The notes below the pieces were generated by a model. That model was given only the letters and a program-made list of their open reading frames with translations. It made no database searches and had not been told where the DNA came from. Both the position numbers and the translations under genes were made by a program. 64,000 bases of DNA from Desulfuromonadales bacterium (GTDB lineage: Bacteria; Desulfobacterota; Desulfuromonadia; Desulfuromonadales; JAGXHI01), in assembly GCA_024636295.1 (NCBI GenBank), contig JAGXHI010000042.1, positions 7,647 to 71,646 on the forward strand. Direction: 5' to 3'. Shown in pieces: positions 1 to 9,015 of the stretch; position 1 is the stretch's first letter, and each line of letters begins with the position of its first letter.

Positions 1-192
1 CACGGGACGGGGAATGAACGGAGCCAGGATCCAGTTCACCACCACGAGCCCGAGCCCTATCATCAAACCGACCGCCGGGAACAGAGCCATGCTCCGCCCG
101 AGTTTGTCGGGATCCATGGCCAGACCGCGCGCGGCGGGGAAAACGGTCAGGAAACCGGCAGCTACTCGGAAATCCTCCCAGCCCTCTTTCAT
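1..192 (-). CDS. cobS: adenosylcobinamide-GDP ribazoletransferase (cobalamin 5'-phosphate synthase), N-terminal 64 codons only; gene runs off the window start
   Basis: My own minus-strand translation from the ATG at 192 gives [59 protein letters not shown]. This is a hydrophobic CobS-type N-terminus. Its ATG overlaps the cobT stop in an ATGA arrangement. It is absent from the ORF track because it is truncated. Confidence 0.7.
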   Translation of the reverse strand, partial: MKEGWEDFRVAAGFLTVFPAARGLAMDPDKLGRSMALFPAVGLMIGLGLVVVNWILAPFIPRPV

Positions 193-1247
193 TTCTGTCT
201 CTCCCTGGAAACGCCTGCCTCCTCGAAAGTCCGGATCTCCCGAAGCATCCTCATGGCGGCCTCGATCAGTGTCATGGCCAGAGCGGCGCCGGTCCCTTCC
301 CCAAGCCGCATCTGCAGATCGAGCATCGGCTCCTGGCCCAGCCGCTCGAGGATGTGACCATGGCCGATCTCCACAGAGCGGTGGGCGGCGAAGATATAAT
401 CCCGCACGTGGGGGTGAAGCTCCGAGGCGATCAATGCTCCGGCGGTGGAGATGAAACCGTCCACCACCACGGGGATTGAAAGGGCGGCGCACCCCAGAAC
501 GATCCCGGCAATGCCGCCGATCTCGAATCCTCCGACTTTCGCCAGCACATCCACCGGGTCCCGGCGGTCCGGGGCGTTTTGCTCAATCCCCTTCTCGATC
601 ACGCGGATTTTGCGGGCGAGCATCTCGTCGTTGATTCCCGTGCCCCGGTGCGTCACCTGCGCAGCGGTCAATCCGGTCAGCACCGCCGCGATCGCCGAGG
701 AGGGGGTCGTGTTGCCGATCCCCATATCGCCCGTACCCACCAGCCCGATCTGACGTTCCCGACAGATCAGGGCCAGCTCCAGGCCAGTTTCAATCGCTCG
801 AACCGCTTCTTCACGCGACATGGCCGGCCCCCGGACGAAGTTATTCGTTCCCGCACGAATCTTTCGCCGCAGCAATCCATCCATCGGAGGAAAATCGTAA
901 TCGACTCCCAGGTCGACGACGACAACTTCGGCGCCGGCATGTCGGGCCAGGGCGTTGATTCCAGCACCCCCGTCCAGAAAATTAAGAACCATCTGGGGAG
1001 TGACCTCGCGGGGAAAGGCGCTTATCCCCTCTTCGGTCACTCCGTGGTCTCCCGCGCAGGTGAAGATCACCTTTTTCCCGATGCTCTCCCGGCCGGTGAT
1101 CGCCACATAGCGGCGGGCGAATTCCTCCAGCCGTCCAAGGGAACCCGGAGGTTTGGTCTGGATGTCGAGGCGGGCCTGGACGGCCGCTTCTTTCGCCGGA
1201 TCCACGGGACGGATCCGTTCCAAAGCCTCCTGCAGGGAAAGGGTCAT
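189..1247 (-). CDS. cobT: nicotinate-nucleotide--dimethylbenzimidazole phosphoribosyltransferase
   Basis: 352 aa. The sequence is CobT-like along its whole length ([37 protein letters not shown]). It lies in an operon with cobU, cobO and cobS. Confidence 0.93.
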   Translation of the reverse strand: MTLSLQEALERIRPVDPAKEAAVQARLDIQTKPPGSLGRLEEFARRYVAITGRESIGKKVIFTCAGDHGVTEEGISAFPREVTPQMVLNFLDGGAGINALARHAGAEVVVVDLGVDYDFPPMDGLLRRKIRAGTNNFVRGPAMSREEAVRAIETGLELALICRERQIGLVGTGDMGIGNTTPSSAIAAVLTGLTAAQVTHRGTGINDEMLARKIRVIEKGIEQNAPDRRDPVDVLAKVGGFEIGGIAGIVLGCAALSIPVVVDGFISTAGALIASELHPHVRDYIFAAHRSVEIGHGHILERLGQEPMLDLQMRLGEGTGAALAMTLIEAAMRMLREIRTFEEAGVSRERQK

Positions 1248-1287
1248 ATCTCTACCTCATGAACTTTCTTTTGTGATATTTCCGTGA

Positions 1288-1809
1288 TCACTTGAGGCGC
1301 AACGGGATGCCTGAAACAACCATCCATGCCTCATCGGCTTGCGTCGCGAGCCTCCGGTTCACGGTTCCGGCAAGATCCCGGAAGGCTCGGGCCAGTCGGT
1401 TTTCCGGCACGATTCCGGAACCCACTTCATTGGAGACGATGTAAATGGGGTTTTCCAATTGCGGAAGAACGGACAGAAACCGCTCCGCTTCCGCCAATGC
1501 GGCAACCGTTCGCTCTTCATGGTGCAGCAGCAGGTTGGAAAGCCAAAGGGTGACGCAGTCGAGCAGAACCGCACCATATCCTGCGGAGGCGGCGGGAAGA
1601 CGCTCAGCCAGAGCCATCGGTTCTTCGAGCGTTTCCCAGCGCACGCCCCGCTCCCGGCGATGGCCCTTTATCCGCTCCGCCATCTCATCGTCCCGTGCCT
1701 CGCCGGTGGCTACGTAGAGCAGACTGCCGGAGATCTTTTCGGCCTGGGAAAGGGCAAAGGCGCTTTTCCCGGAGCGGGCTCCTCCGGTGATGAAAATCGT
1801 TCGGCCCAC
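1288..1809 (-). CDS. cobU: bifunctional adenosylcobinamide kinase / adenosylcobinamide-phosphate guanylyltransferase
   Basis: P-loop FITGGARSGKS and a CobU/CobP-like remainder. The ORF-track start at 1917 overlaps cobO. A GTG at 1809 lies directly after the cobO stop (1811-1813) and is the more likely start. Confidence 0.88.
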   Translation of the reverse strand: MGRTIFITGGARSGKSAFALSQAEKISGSLLYVATGEARDDEMAERIKGHRRERGVRWETLEEPMALAERLPAASAGYGAVLLDCVTLWLSNLLLHHEERTVAALAEAERFLSVLPQLENPIYIVSNEVGSGIVPENRLARAFRDLAGTVNRRLATQADEAWMVVSGIPLRLK

Positions 1810-1810
1810 G

Positions 1811-2332
1811 TCAGTACTCGATTCCGCGACGGGCCGGTATCCCCTGGTCAAGAGGATGTCGGAGCTTTTCCATTCGTGTCGCAAGATCAGCTCGCTCGAG
1901 AATCTCGGCGGGAGCATTTCGCCCGGTCAGCACCAACTCCACCTCCCGGGGCCGCTCTTCCATCAACGAAAGAATTGACCGAAGATCCAGGAAACCTTTG
2001 TGAATAGCATTATTGATCTCGTCGAGGACCACCATGTCGAATTCTCCCGCGAGGGTTTTTTCACGTGCTTCGAGCAATGTCGTCTCCACGCTTCGGCATA
2101 TGGCCTCCCTGTTCGAACGGGGGTCGAGAATACCGATTCCCGAATGAAGGATTTCCACCCCCGGGGTCCCCTTCAGGAATCGGATTTCCCCACTCTCAGG
2201 AGACTCGGGTTTGAGAAACCGCACCAGGAGCACTCGCATTCCCTGACCCAGGGCACGTACGATCAAGCCGATCGCCGCGGTGGTTTTACCCTTCCCTTCT
2301 CCGGTGTATACCTGGACCAGTCCCTGGCGCAT
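1811..2332 (-). CDS. cobO: cob(I)yrinic acid a,c-diamide adenosyltransferase (CobO/BtuR type)
   Basis: 173 aa starting MRQGLVQVYTGEGKGKTTAAIGL, with DEINNA and a C-terminal HP..QG motif typical of CobO. It is the first gene after the B12 riboswitch. Confidence 0.9.
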   Translation of the reverse strand: MRQGLVQVYTGEGKGKTTAAIGLIVRALGQGMRVLLVRFLKPESPESGEIRFLKGTPGVEILHSGIGILDPRSNREAICRSVETTLLEAREKTLAGEFDMVVLDEINNAIHKGFLDLRSILSLMEERPREVELVLTGRNAPAEILERADLATRMEKLRHPLDQGIPARRGIEY

Positions 2333-2358
2333 GCAGTCAATGCTTTTCGGTTTCTATG

Positions 2359-2388
2359 AAAAACCCCCGACCTTGTGGGGCCGGGGGC
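2359..2388 (-). terminator. riboswitch expression-platform terminator hairpin
   Basis: The minus strand reads CCCCCG-GCCCCACAAGGT-CGGGGG followed by TTTTT, about 20 nt upstream of the cobO ATG. Confidence 0.65.
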
Positions 2389-2560
2389 TGAATTTTACGC
2401 CTGCCGGCACCCCTCCCTCGAAAGGTCCGTGTTCGAGATCCGGGCAGGTCTCCTGGCTTGTGGGTCCGATTTTCCTTCCCACATACAGTTGCGGGGCAGC
2501 GAGGGATTCTCACCCTCTTCCCTATTCTCCCCCCGAAGCCTTGGCAAAGGAGGGCACCCG
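2389..2560 (-). promoter_or_regulatory. cobalamin (AdoCbl) riboswitch aptamer
   Basis: The minus strand contains GGGAAGAGGGTGAGAATCCCTC, GCTGCCCCGCAACTGTA and the B12 box AAGCCAGGAGACCTGCCCGG in the canonical order. It sits in the 5' leader of the cobO-cobU-cobT-cobS operon. Confidence 0.87.
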
Positions 2561-2601
2561 AAATGATATCGATCCTTTGTAGCAGGGCGAAGAAGGGGCT
2601 G

Positions 2602-3231
2602 TCAACGAATATCGGGGGCCTCAGCTCTGGAGTCATCCGGCGCCTCCGGCCGGAGAGTCGTCTCCAGTCGCTCCCATATCTCCTCTGTGCCATCACGGCT
2701 GACCGCGGAAAAAAGCGTGAATGCATCACGGGGCAGTCCGGTAGCCTCGAGAATCGGTTTTATCTGTCTTTCGCGCTGGCCGCGGCCGATCTTGTCCGCC
2801 TTTGTGATCACAGGAATCGTGGGAATCTCGAACTCCTCCAGCCAGTCGAGCAGCTGAAGGTCCTCCTCCCGGGGCACGCGGCGGATGTCGAAAAGGACCA
2901 CCACCGCCCGGAGACTTTTTCTCTCCTCCAGGTAGGTACGCACCATCGGTCCCCACTGCGCCTTCACTGCCGGCGGCACTTTGGCGAAGCCGTAGCCGGG
3001 CAGGTCCACAAGAGTAAAAGCATCGTTGATGGTGAAGAAATTGAGCAACTGAGTACGCCCGGGAGTAGAGGAGGTACGTACCAGGGCCTTGCGGTTGACC
3101 AGGACATTGATCAGTGAACTCTTTCCGACGTTACTGCGACCGGCAAAAGCGATTTCGGGCAGATCGGCCGGCGGGTAGTTGCTCGGACGGGTGGCGCTTT
3201 TGATGAAAACAGACGATTTGACCTGCACCAC
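2602..3231 (-). CDS. engB: ribosome biogenesis GTP-binding protein YsxC/EngB
   Basis: AFAGRSNVGKSSLIN (G1), DLPGYG (G3) and TKADK (G4). The ORF-track start at 3294 adds about 21 residues not seen in EngB. A GTG at 3231, preceded by GGAG, fits the family length better. Confidence 0.88.
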   Translation of the reverse strand: MVQVKSSVFIKSATRPSNYPPADLPEIAFAGRSNVGKSSLINVLVNRKALVRTSSTPGRTQLLNFFTINDAFTLVDLPGYGFAKVPPAVKAQWGPMVRTYLEERKSLRAVVVLFDIRRVPREEDLQLLDWLEEFEIPTIPVITKADKIGRGQRERQIKPILEATGLPRDAFTLFSAVSRDGTEEIWERLETTLRPEAPDDSRAEAPDIR

Positions 3232-3503
3232 GCACTCCCACTCCGGATCGCTTAAGAATCCGGACCTGTAATCAAGCCAAAATGTAAACCCCACGACGCC
3301 AGGAGAAAAGCGTCAATAAAACAATAATTCGGATCCCTTCAGGCTCTGGACAAGTTGAGGGATCCCCTTCGGACAGAATATCCCAGGCGATCTTCGAATG
3401 CAATGCGGATTCCTGAGCTGGATTCCGGTCCATCATCTGTTATCATTCTTGTAATTACCCATCGAAGTCTGTCATTGATTTCATCACCCGAGGGAGGCCC
3501 ATC

Positions 3504-4013
3504 ATGTTGAGCGAAAAACTGCAGGATGCTCTGAACGAGCAGATGAAGAACGAATTCTATTCGGCCTATCTCTACATGGCCATGTCGGGATATTTCCAGT
3601 CCGAGGATCTTCCGGGGTTCGCCAGTTGGATGAGAATCCAGGCCCTGGAAGAAATGACACATGGAGAAAAGTTCTTCAATTTCATCTGCGATGTGGACGG
3701 CCGTACGGAGATGCGGGAGATCATCGCGCCGAAAAACGACTTTCAATCCCCTCTCCCCACGTTTCAGTTTGGGCTGGAGCATGAAAAATTCGTCAGCGAT
3801 CGGATTCACAAATTGATGGATCTGGCGCAAGAGGAAAGGGACCATGCCGCACAGATCATGCTTCAGTGGTTCGTCACCGAACAGGTAGAGGAGGAATCCA
3901 GTTTCTCTTTGATCATCAGAAAGCTCCAGAGGGTGGAGGGCGATGGTCGGGGCCTGCTGCTTCTGGATCAGGAACTGGGTCAGCGGGTATTCGTCCCGCC
4001 CGCGGCTGAATAA
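3504..4013 (+). CDS. ftn: ferritin (bacterial non-haem Ftn type)
   Basis: 169 aa starting MLSEKLQDALNEQMKNEFYSAYLYMAMSGYF, then QALEEMTHGEKF and FVTEQVEEE. This is the ferroxidase-centre pattern of Ftn. Confidence 0.9.
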   Translation: MLSEKLQDALNEQMKNEFYSAYLYMAMSGYFQSEDLPGFASWMRIQALEEMTHGEKFFNFICDVDGRTEMREIIAPKNDFQSPLPTFQFGLEHEKFVSDRIHKLMDLAQEERDHAAQIMLQWFVTEQVEEESSFSLIIRKLQRVEGDGRGLLLLDQELGQRVFVPPAAE

Positions 4014-4088
4014 AAAATCGCTGAAGAGGGCGGCTCCTTCGTCCCTCCAACTTTTTTGCCCCGTGCAGAAAGAAAGGAAAGAGCACTT

Positions 4089-4586
4089 ATGTTCGAGAAA
4101 GTTGACGTGCAAGAGGCGATCAAGCGTTCCATCCAGACCGAGAAAAACGCCATGGATTTTTACCGTCTCGGGGCAGGACACATGAAAAACGAAGGGGCCC
4201 GGAAGATTTTTGAACTTCTGGCCCGGGAGGAAAGGGAGCACGCGGAGTGGTTCTGGAAAATTTACCAGGGAGGCGATATCCCCGATTTCAATGCTTTTAT
4301 GACAAAACCTGCCAGCGGGGAGTCGGACTGGCTTTCAGATTTCGAAAAACTGCTCCTGCCCGATTTTTCGGAACGCAAGGCCCTGGAACTTGCAATGGAC
4401 AAGGAACTGAAGCTGGAGAAAAATCTCAGGGAGATGGCCGGGAAAATAGAAGATCCGGACGTGCGGCGGGTTTTCGAAGCCAACGCCGTTTCGACCCACA
4501 ATCATTATGAAATCATAGAGTCCGAATACGCGCGACTCATGGGAATGGTCCACGAGACGGATGTGAACATCTATGTGCGGGAGTGA
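4089..4586 (+). CDS. ferritin-like / rubrerythrin-family diiron four-helix-bundle protein
   Basis: Two E..EXXH-type helices (QTEKNAMDFY ... LAREEREHAEWF and MDKELKLEKNLREM ... HNHYEIIESEYARL). The ATG at 4089 is preceded by GAAAGGAAAGAG and is preferred over the track start at 4056. Confidence 0.75.
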   Translation: MFEKVDVQEAIKRSIQTEKNAMDFYRLGAGHMKNEGARKIFELLAREEREHAEWFWKIYQGGDIPDFNAFMTKPASGESDWLSDFEKLLLPDFSERKALELAMDKELKLEKNLREMAGKIEDPDVRRVFEANAVSTHNHYEIIESEYARLMGMVHETDVNIYVRE

Positions 4587-4608
4587 TTGACGCTCTCTTC
4601 TTTTGAAA

Positions 4609-5226
4609 TCAATCGGGAAGACCTTCAAGGAATTTTCGCAGTCCCGCCTTGGCGCCGCCGATCCAAGGTGAGCCGTGGGCGAAGAGGAGGTGATCGAATT
4701 CCCGCTCGTCCGCGATCCCGAGAAGGACCTTTTTTATTCCCTTTTTCACCCCTTGCGGGTCGTCCCCCATGTATTCGTCGGGGACGAATCCCAGGGCGTC
4801 GCCGCTTCGAATTAAAGCATCTCCGATGGCGAGAACACCTCCCTCGAGAGGGAGATAGAGGGCGGTCTCTTCCAGGCACAGATTTCCCACCCGGAGAGCG
4901 TGGACGCCGCCCGGGAGCTCTTCTCCATGCTCAAACGGCATGACCTTCTCTCCCCGGGTGAACTCGATCAATCCATCACGGTGACAGCGGACCGTCGCAC
5001 CGAAAGCTTTTTCAAACCGATCACTGTGACGGTAATGATGCCTGTTGGTCAGGTAGATTTCCCGGAGCGGAACACTGCCCCGGAACCAGTCGATCCCTTC
5101 CTCCGGAACGCGGGGATCGATAAGGACGGGAGGATCGGCGGAGGCCCAGAAACAGGAATGGACCTTCTGTCCGATTCCTTCATGGAAGGTCGTCCAGTGG
5201 AAAAGGCCGCTTAGAATTTCTTTCAT
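4609..5226 (-). CDS. MBL-fold metallo-hydrolase-like protein
   Basis: Start taken at the internal MKEILSGLFHW. The metal motif is degenerate (NRHHYRHSD), so the function is uncertain. The length is typical of a small MBL-fold protein. Confidence 0.6.
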   Translation of the reverse strand: MKEILSGLFHWTTFHEGIGQKVHSCFWASADPPVLIDPRVPEEGIDWFRGSVPLREIYLTNRHHYRHSDRFEKAFGATVRCHRDGLIEFTRGEKVMPFEHGEELPGGVHALRVGNLCLEETALYLPLEGGVLAIGDALIRSGDALGFVPDEYMGDDPQGVKKGIKKVLLGIADEREFDHLLFAHGSPWIGGAKAGLRKFLEGLPD

Positions 5227-5360
5227 CACTAATCCCCCTGCGTGTCCTGAAGACAGGTGAAAAATATTGGCGTTGCGGGAGCTGCGAATATCCGTTCTCT
5301 TAAGAGATATCTCGAAATCGGCCCTTTTCAAGAGGGCCGGACAGACAAAAGGACAGGACG

Positions 5361-6194
5361 ATGAAACGACACCTGACGATTCTTTGCGAAAACTCCGTCC
5401 TTCCCCAGCTGGGGCTTATGGGAGAACACGGCTTTGCCTGTTTGCTGGAATCCGAAGACGGGAACATCCTCTTCGATACCGGCCAGGGCCTTGGAATACT
5501 GAACAACAGCCGCATCCTTGGGAAAGACCTTTCCACCTTGCGTGCCGTGGTGCTTAGCCACGGACATTATGATCATACCGGCGGTCTGCCGGATGTTCTA
5601 CACCAGAGCGGACCTGTGGAAGTTTTCGGCCATCCCGATTTGTTTCGTGCCCGATATCGCACTGTCGGCACAGGGAAGCGGTTCATCGGGATGCCTTTCC
5701 AGAGAGCGTTTCTCGAATCTCTTGGCGCTGAATTCAGCCTGAGCACCGAAAGGAGGGAGATCGGTCCCGGTATTTTTCTGACGGGGGAAGTTCCCCGCCA
5801 GACCTCTTTCGAGCGGGGGGACGACCAGATGACCGCTATCGACGATGGCGGGGAACTCCATCCCGATCCGCTGCGGGACGATTTCTCGCTCGTCTTCGAT
5901 TCGGAAAAAGGGCTCGTTCTGGTGCTGGGCTGCGGACATGCGGGGCTGATCAATATCCTCCGGCACGCCCTTTCCATGACGGGAAGGGACAGCATTCACG
6001 CGGTCATCGGGGGGACTCATCTCGCCTTTGCGGATGAGGAGCAGTTCGAGGGCACTCTGGCGGCTCTGGAGGATTTCCGCATCGATCGGATCGGAGTTTC
6101 CCACTGCACCGGCCTTGAAAACGCCGCACGGCTTCAGTCCCGCCTGGGGGAGCGGTTCTTCTTTGCCTCGGCGGGAACACGTCTGGAATTCTGA
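5361..6194 (+). CDS. MBL-fold metallo-hydrolase
   Basis: 277 aa with the canonical HxHxDH motif (LSHGHYDHTGG) and a later GCGHAG. Confidence 0.85.
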   Translation: MKRHLTILCENSVLPQLGLMGEHGFACLLESEDGNILFDTGQGLGILNNSRILGKDLSTLRAVVLSHGHYDHTGGLPDVLHQSGPVEVFGHPDLFRARYRTVGTGKRFIGMPFQRAFLESLGAEFSLSTERREIGPGIFLTGEVPRQTSFERGDDQMTAIDDGGELHPDPLRDDFSLVFDSEKGLVLVLGCGHAGLINILRHALSMTGRDSIHAVIGGTHLAFADEEQFEGTLAALEDFRIDRIGVSHCTGLENAARLQSRLGERFFFASAGTRLEF

Positions 6195-6265
6195 GGCATA
6201 TCACCAGACCACGGACGTGAAGAAGCGGTCTCACGCAAAGATCGCAAAGGACGCCCTGCCTGAAT

Positions 6266-6310
6266 AAAAATGAGCCGCCTTTCGATAATTCCGATGGGCG
6301 GCTCATTTCT
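6266..6310. terminator. bidirectional intrinsic terminator between convergent genes
   Basis: A 10-bp stem ATGAGCCGCC / GGCGGCTCAT (6270-6279 and 6297-6306). An A5 run lies on the left and TTTCT on the right. Confidence 0.6.
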
Positions 6311-6440
6311 GCTCTGACGAATCCCCCTCCTCCGGGGGGAGGGGACCCGGAAGGAGGGGATCCCTGAGCCAATCATCCTCACACGATCTCATCGATGCGA
6401 GATAGGCTGAATTGCCGCCTGGCGCTTAACCGGTCGGCTA

Positions 6441-7352
6441 TTAAAGGGCGTTTGGACTCATCTCCACGATTTCCAGAGCCGTTTCCTCCCCAAGCACCAC
6501 ATCCGCGAGGATCTCCACGGTCTCGAGACCAGGGGCTTCGATCACCACCCGATAGGCTCCCTCCTCCACCAAAGCTCGGAAGGTTCCGTCTTCCGCGGCC
6601 ACCGATCCCGAGGCGACGGGCGCTACCATGCTCTCCTCGTAAACCGCGAAAACAGCGTCGGACACCGGCACTTCAGAGGTCACGGGCGGATCCACGGAGT
6701 CGTCGGTCTCGACATAAACCACCTGCCCGGAAATTCCACCGTAACTCTCGACCACATTTTCGGTGCGGACCACCCGGATTCCCGTGGGCTTGAGAATCCA
6801 GCTTCCGCTGTTTCCCGCCTCGACCACCGCACGGGCCGGATCGAAGTCAAGTACGATCGTATTCAGGACGTCGGCTTCAACTTCGATGTTCCCAATGATT
6901 TTCAATCCCGATTGCTGGCCGCTGGGCGTTGCCAAGGGGATTTTTGTGTCCGGAGCATTCTGCAAGACGATGAAGTTGGCGGGATCGGCCGGATCGAGGT
7001 TCTCCTCCAGAACGAGCCGCACCTGGCTGTACCGTCCGGCCGCGATCACCTGTGAACCAAGAAATTCCTGCTGGAAAGCAAGATCCAGCACATTGACGGT
7101 GAGCGGTGGATCGAAGGAGGCGATGAGAGGATGCCCGGAATCGTCCCCTTCATCCGTTTCATCTCCGGCGGGCACGACGCGGACTTCCCTGATCGAGATC
7201 ACCACCTCGCTGAAGCCGGGATCGACATTGTCCGTCAGCGCCACCTGCAGGGTCCCGGTGGAGGCCCCGTCTCCCCCTCCTCCACCGCATGCGGGCAGGA
7301 GGGGCAGGATCAGAAGCAGGAGCCATGCGAGAATTTGCGTCTTTTTCATTTC
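6441..7352 (-). CDS. DUF4382-type lipoprotein with a C-terminal carboxypeptidase-regulatory-like beta domain
   Basis: The start MKKTQILAWLLLLILPLLPAC carries a lipobox followed by Cys and a GGGGG linker. DUF4382-like blocks are present (YSQVRLVL, PSGQQSGLKI, ILDFD). The track start at 7403 is probably too far upstream; AAGGAGG precedes the ATG at 7352. Confidence 0.82.
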   Translation of the reverse strand, partial: EMKKTQILAWLLLLILPLLPACGGGGGDGASTGTLQVALTDNVDPGFSEVVISIREVRVVPAGDETDEGDDSGHPLIASFDPPLTVNVLDLAFQQEFLGSQVIAAGRYSQVRLVLEENLDPADPANFIVLQNAPDTKIPLATPSGQQSGLKIIGNIEVEADVLNTIVLDFDPARAVVEAGNSGSWILKPTGIRVVRTENVVESYGGISGQVVYVETDDSVDPPVTSEVPVSDAVFAVYEESMVAPVASGSVAAEDGTFRALVEEGAYRVVIEAPGLETVEILADVVLGEETALEIVEMSPNAL

Positions 7353-7704
7353 AGTTCCTCCTTGGTTTGTCAAAAAAAATGATTCCGTATTCCTGGGGAG
7401 CATAGCAATTACTCTGCCAAACCTAAGTCACCGATTATAAGTTGTTTCTTGACTTCCGGTCTGAATCAGTCCGGTCCTTTTTACCGATACCGGGACAATT
7501 TGGGTCACCCCCTGCGGAAAGGCCGGCCATCGGTCCTGTTTTGCCGCTGGAAATCAGAAGAGGTGGTGAACAGGAAAAAAGAAGGGCAATCTTTCAGTTC
7601 TACGGCCTAAGGGCTTTTAAACCGTCGCCTCGATGGGCAGCTACCGCTCCGCAGGATCACCGCTGCGGTTTGCACGGCAACTGCCCGGAATCCCTGGATT
7701 CGCT

Positions 7705-8874
7705 CTAAGTAAGAATTCCACTATAAAAGTGGGGCCGTAAGGGCTCTTTCAGGGCACAAAATGGATCCGGCATTTTCATTACCGAAGCCCTGACGGTCCT
7801 CCCGGATGACAGCCTGTGGGGGAGCCGTCCGCATTGGTGAATTGATCCGTGAAGCAACTCGGCGCCGGGGGCAAAAAACTCGCCGTCCATGATTCCCAGT
7901 TCTCCACCCGCCTGGGTGAGATCTTCGCCGTGCCAGGTGGCCAGCCCTGAGTAGAACTGGGAGGAGTCGTCCCTCTCATCGTAATCGTAATACTTGAACC
8001 GCAGACCCAGTTCCCAACTCTCCAACTTCACCCATTGCACATCCCCGCCGTAGATGGTGAGCGTCTCCCCTGTATTCGCCAGAAAGCGAAAGGGATTCGC
8101 GCTGAAATCGTCTTCATTGAAGTAATCTTCATACCGGAAATGCTCGAAATAGGGACGGAGGTAAAAATCGGCGATTTTGAAACGAAGCTCGTAGAAATGC
8201 TCGGCCCAACCTTCGGTATCCAGGTTGTAGCTTGATTGACCGAAGAAATTCACGCCGGCGGGAAGAGCGGCGGAAAGATCGATCCCGACCCTTTCGTCCT
8301 CGAGATTGTCGTCATTGTTGACCTGGCGGTAGGACACCCCGATCTCATAGAGGGTTCCCAGATGATGCGCCAGCCGCCCCCCAAAGGCGCTGTCGCCGCT
8401 GCGGCCTTGCTCGGAATCGAGAGCGACGGGCCAGCCGGCGTAGGCCGAGGCGCTGAACCAGGGGGTAATATCGCCGCTCACCTGCACACCATCCACGGCG
8501 AGATTGGAAACACCTTCAAAAATATACTGACGGCCCAGCTTTAACTGAAAGTTGTTTTCCGCCCGGGTGTATTCAAGATAACCGTAAAGGAGTTCTCCCG
8601 CCGTATCCTCTCTGAAAAAATTGCTGCCGGCCAGATCGGCCCGACCCCAACCGTAAAGATGAAACGCAAGCCCCTCTGTTTCGGGATCCCCTACGTCCGC
8701 CCGCATGTATTCGTACGCCGGTGCGACAAAATCGTTGTTGCGCTCAAAAAATCTAAGAAGTGTTTCGGATTCCAGCTTGAACTCGGCACCCCAGGCTGGA
8801 ACCGCCGCAAGGAAAAGAAAGAGAAGGAATGCTGCCCAAAAAGGTGCTCGGTGTCGTATACCGGCGAGAGGCAT
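7705..8874 (-). CDS. outer-membrane beta-barrel protein, paralogue of the conduit barrel at 32382..33596
   Basis: Signal peptide ending AWG|AE and an alternating amphipathic pattern. It aligns by eye with the other barrel (LLYGYLEY..LKLGRQYI vs LFYAYLEK..FRLGRQFI; GVSYRQV vs GVSYLQK). The 3' end is uncertain because there is no terminal aromatic residue. Confidence 0.72.
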   Translation of the reverse strand: MPLAGIRHRAPFWAAFLLFLFLAAVPAWGAEFKLESETLLRFFERNNDFVAPAYEYMRADVGDPETEGLAFHLYGWGRADLAGSNFFREDTAGELLYGYLEYTRAENNFQLKLGRQYIFEGVSNLAVDGVQVSGDITPWFSASAYAGWPVALDSEQGRSGDSAFGGRLAHHLGTLYEIGVSYRQVNNDDNLEDERVGIDLSAALPAGVNFFGQSSYNLDTEGWAEHFYELRFKIADFYLRPYFEHFRYEDYFNEDDFSANPFRFLANTGETLTIYGGDVQWVKLESWELGLRFKYYDYDERDDSSQFYSGLATWHGEDLTQAGGELGIMDGEFFAPGAELLHGSIHQCGRLPHRLSSGRTVRASVMKMPDPFCALKEPLRPHFYSGILT

Positions 8875-9015
8875 AGTATTCTCCCTGGGGCTGAATTGTA
8901 TTCATTTTCAATGGGAGACTACCAGATCCCAGGGCTTTTTCAAAGGCAAGTCTTAAATTTTTTTAAGTTATTTTATTTAATTTTTCGCCTTGCAAAAAAA
9001 CGGCGCCGTCATTGT

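Noticed and set aside
3440-3475. A Fur-box-like AT-rich sequence (TGTTATCATTCTTGTAATTA) upstream of the ferritin gene.
   Set aside because: It is only a partial match to the 19-bp GATAATGATAATCATTATC consensus, with no clear dyad symmetry. That is too weak to call without a position weight matrix.
7458-7490. A hairpin plus T-run (CCGGTCTGAATCAGTCCGG TCCTTTTTA) oriented for the plus strand.
   Set aside because: No plus-strand gene or ORF lies upstream for it to terminate, and the stem has an internal mismatch. It is probably fortuitous.
8995-9012. A possible terminator (ACGGCGCCGT followed by T7 on the minus strand) after the last glycan-operon gene.
   Set aside because: The palindrome has no loop, so the real stem would be only about 3 bp. 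It is too weak to call, although the T-run and the AT-rich region after it suggest the operon ends here.
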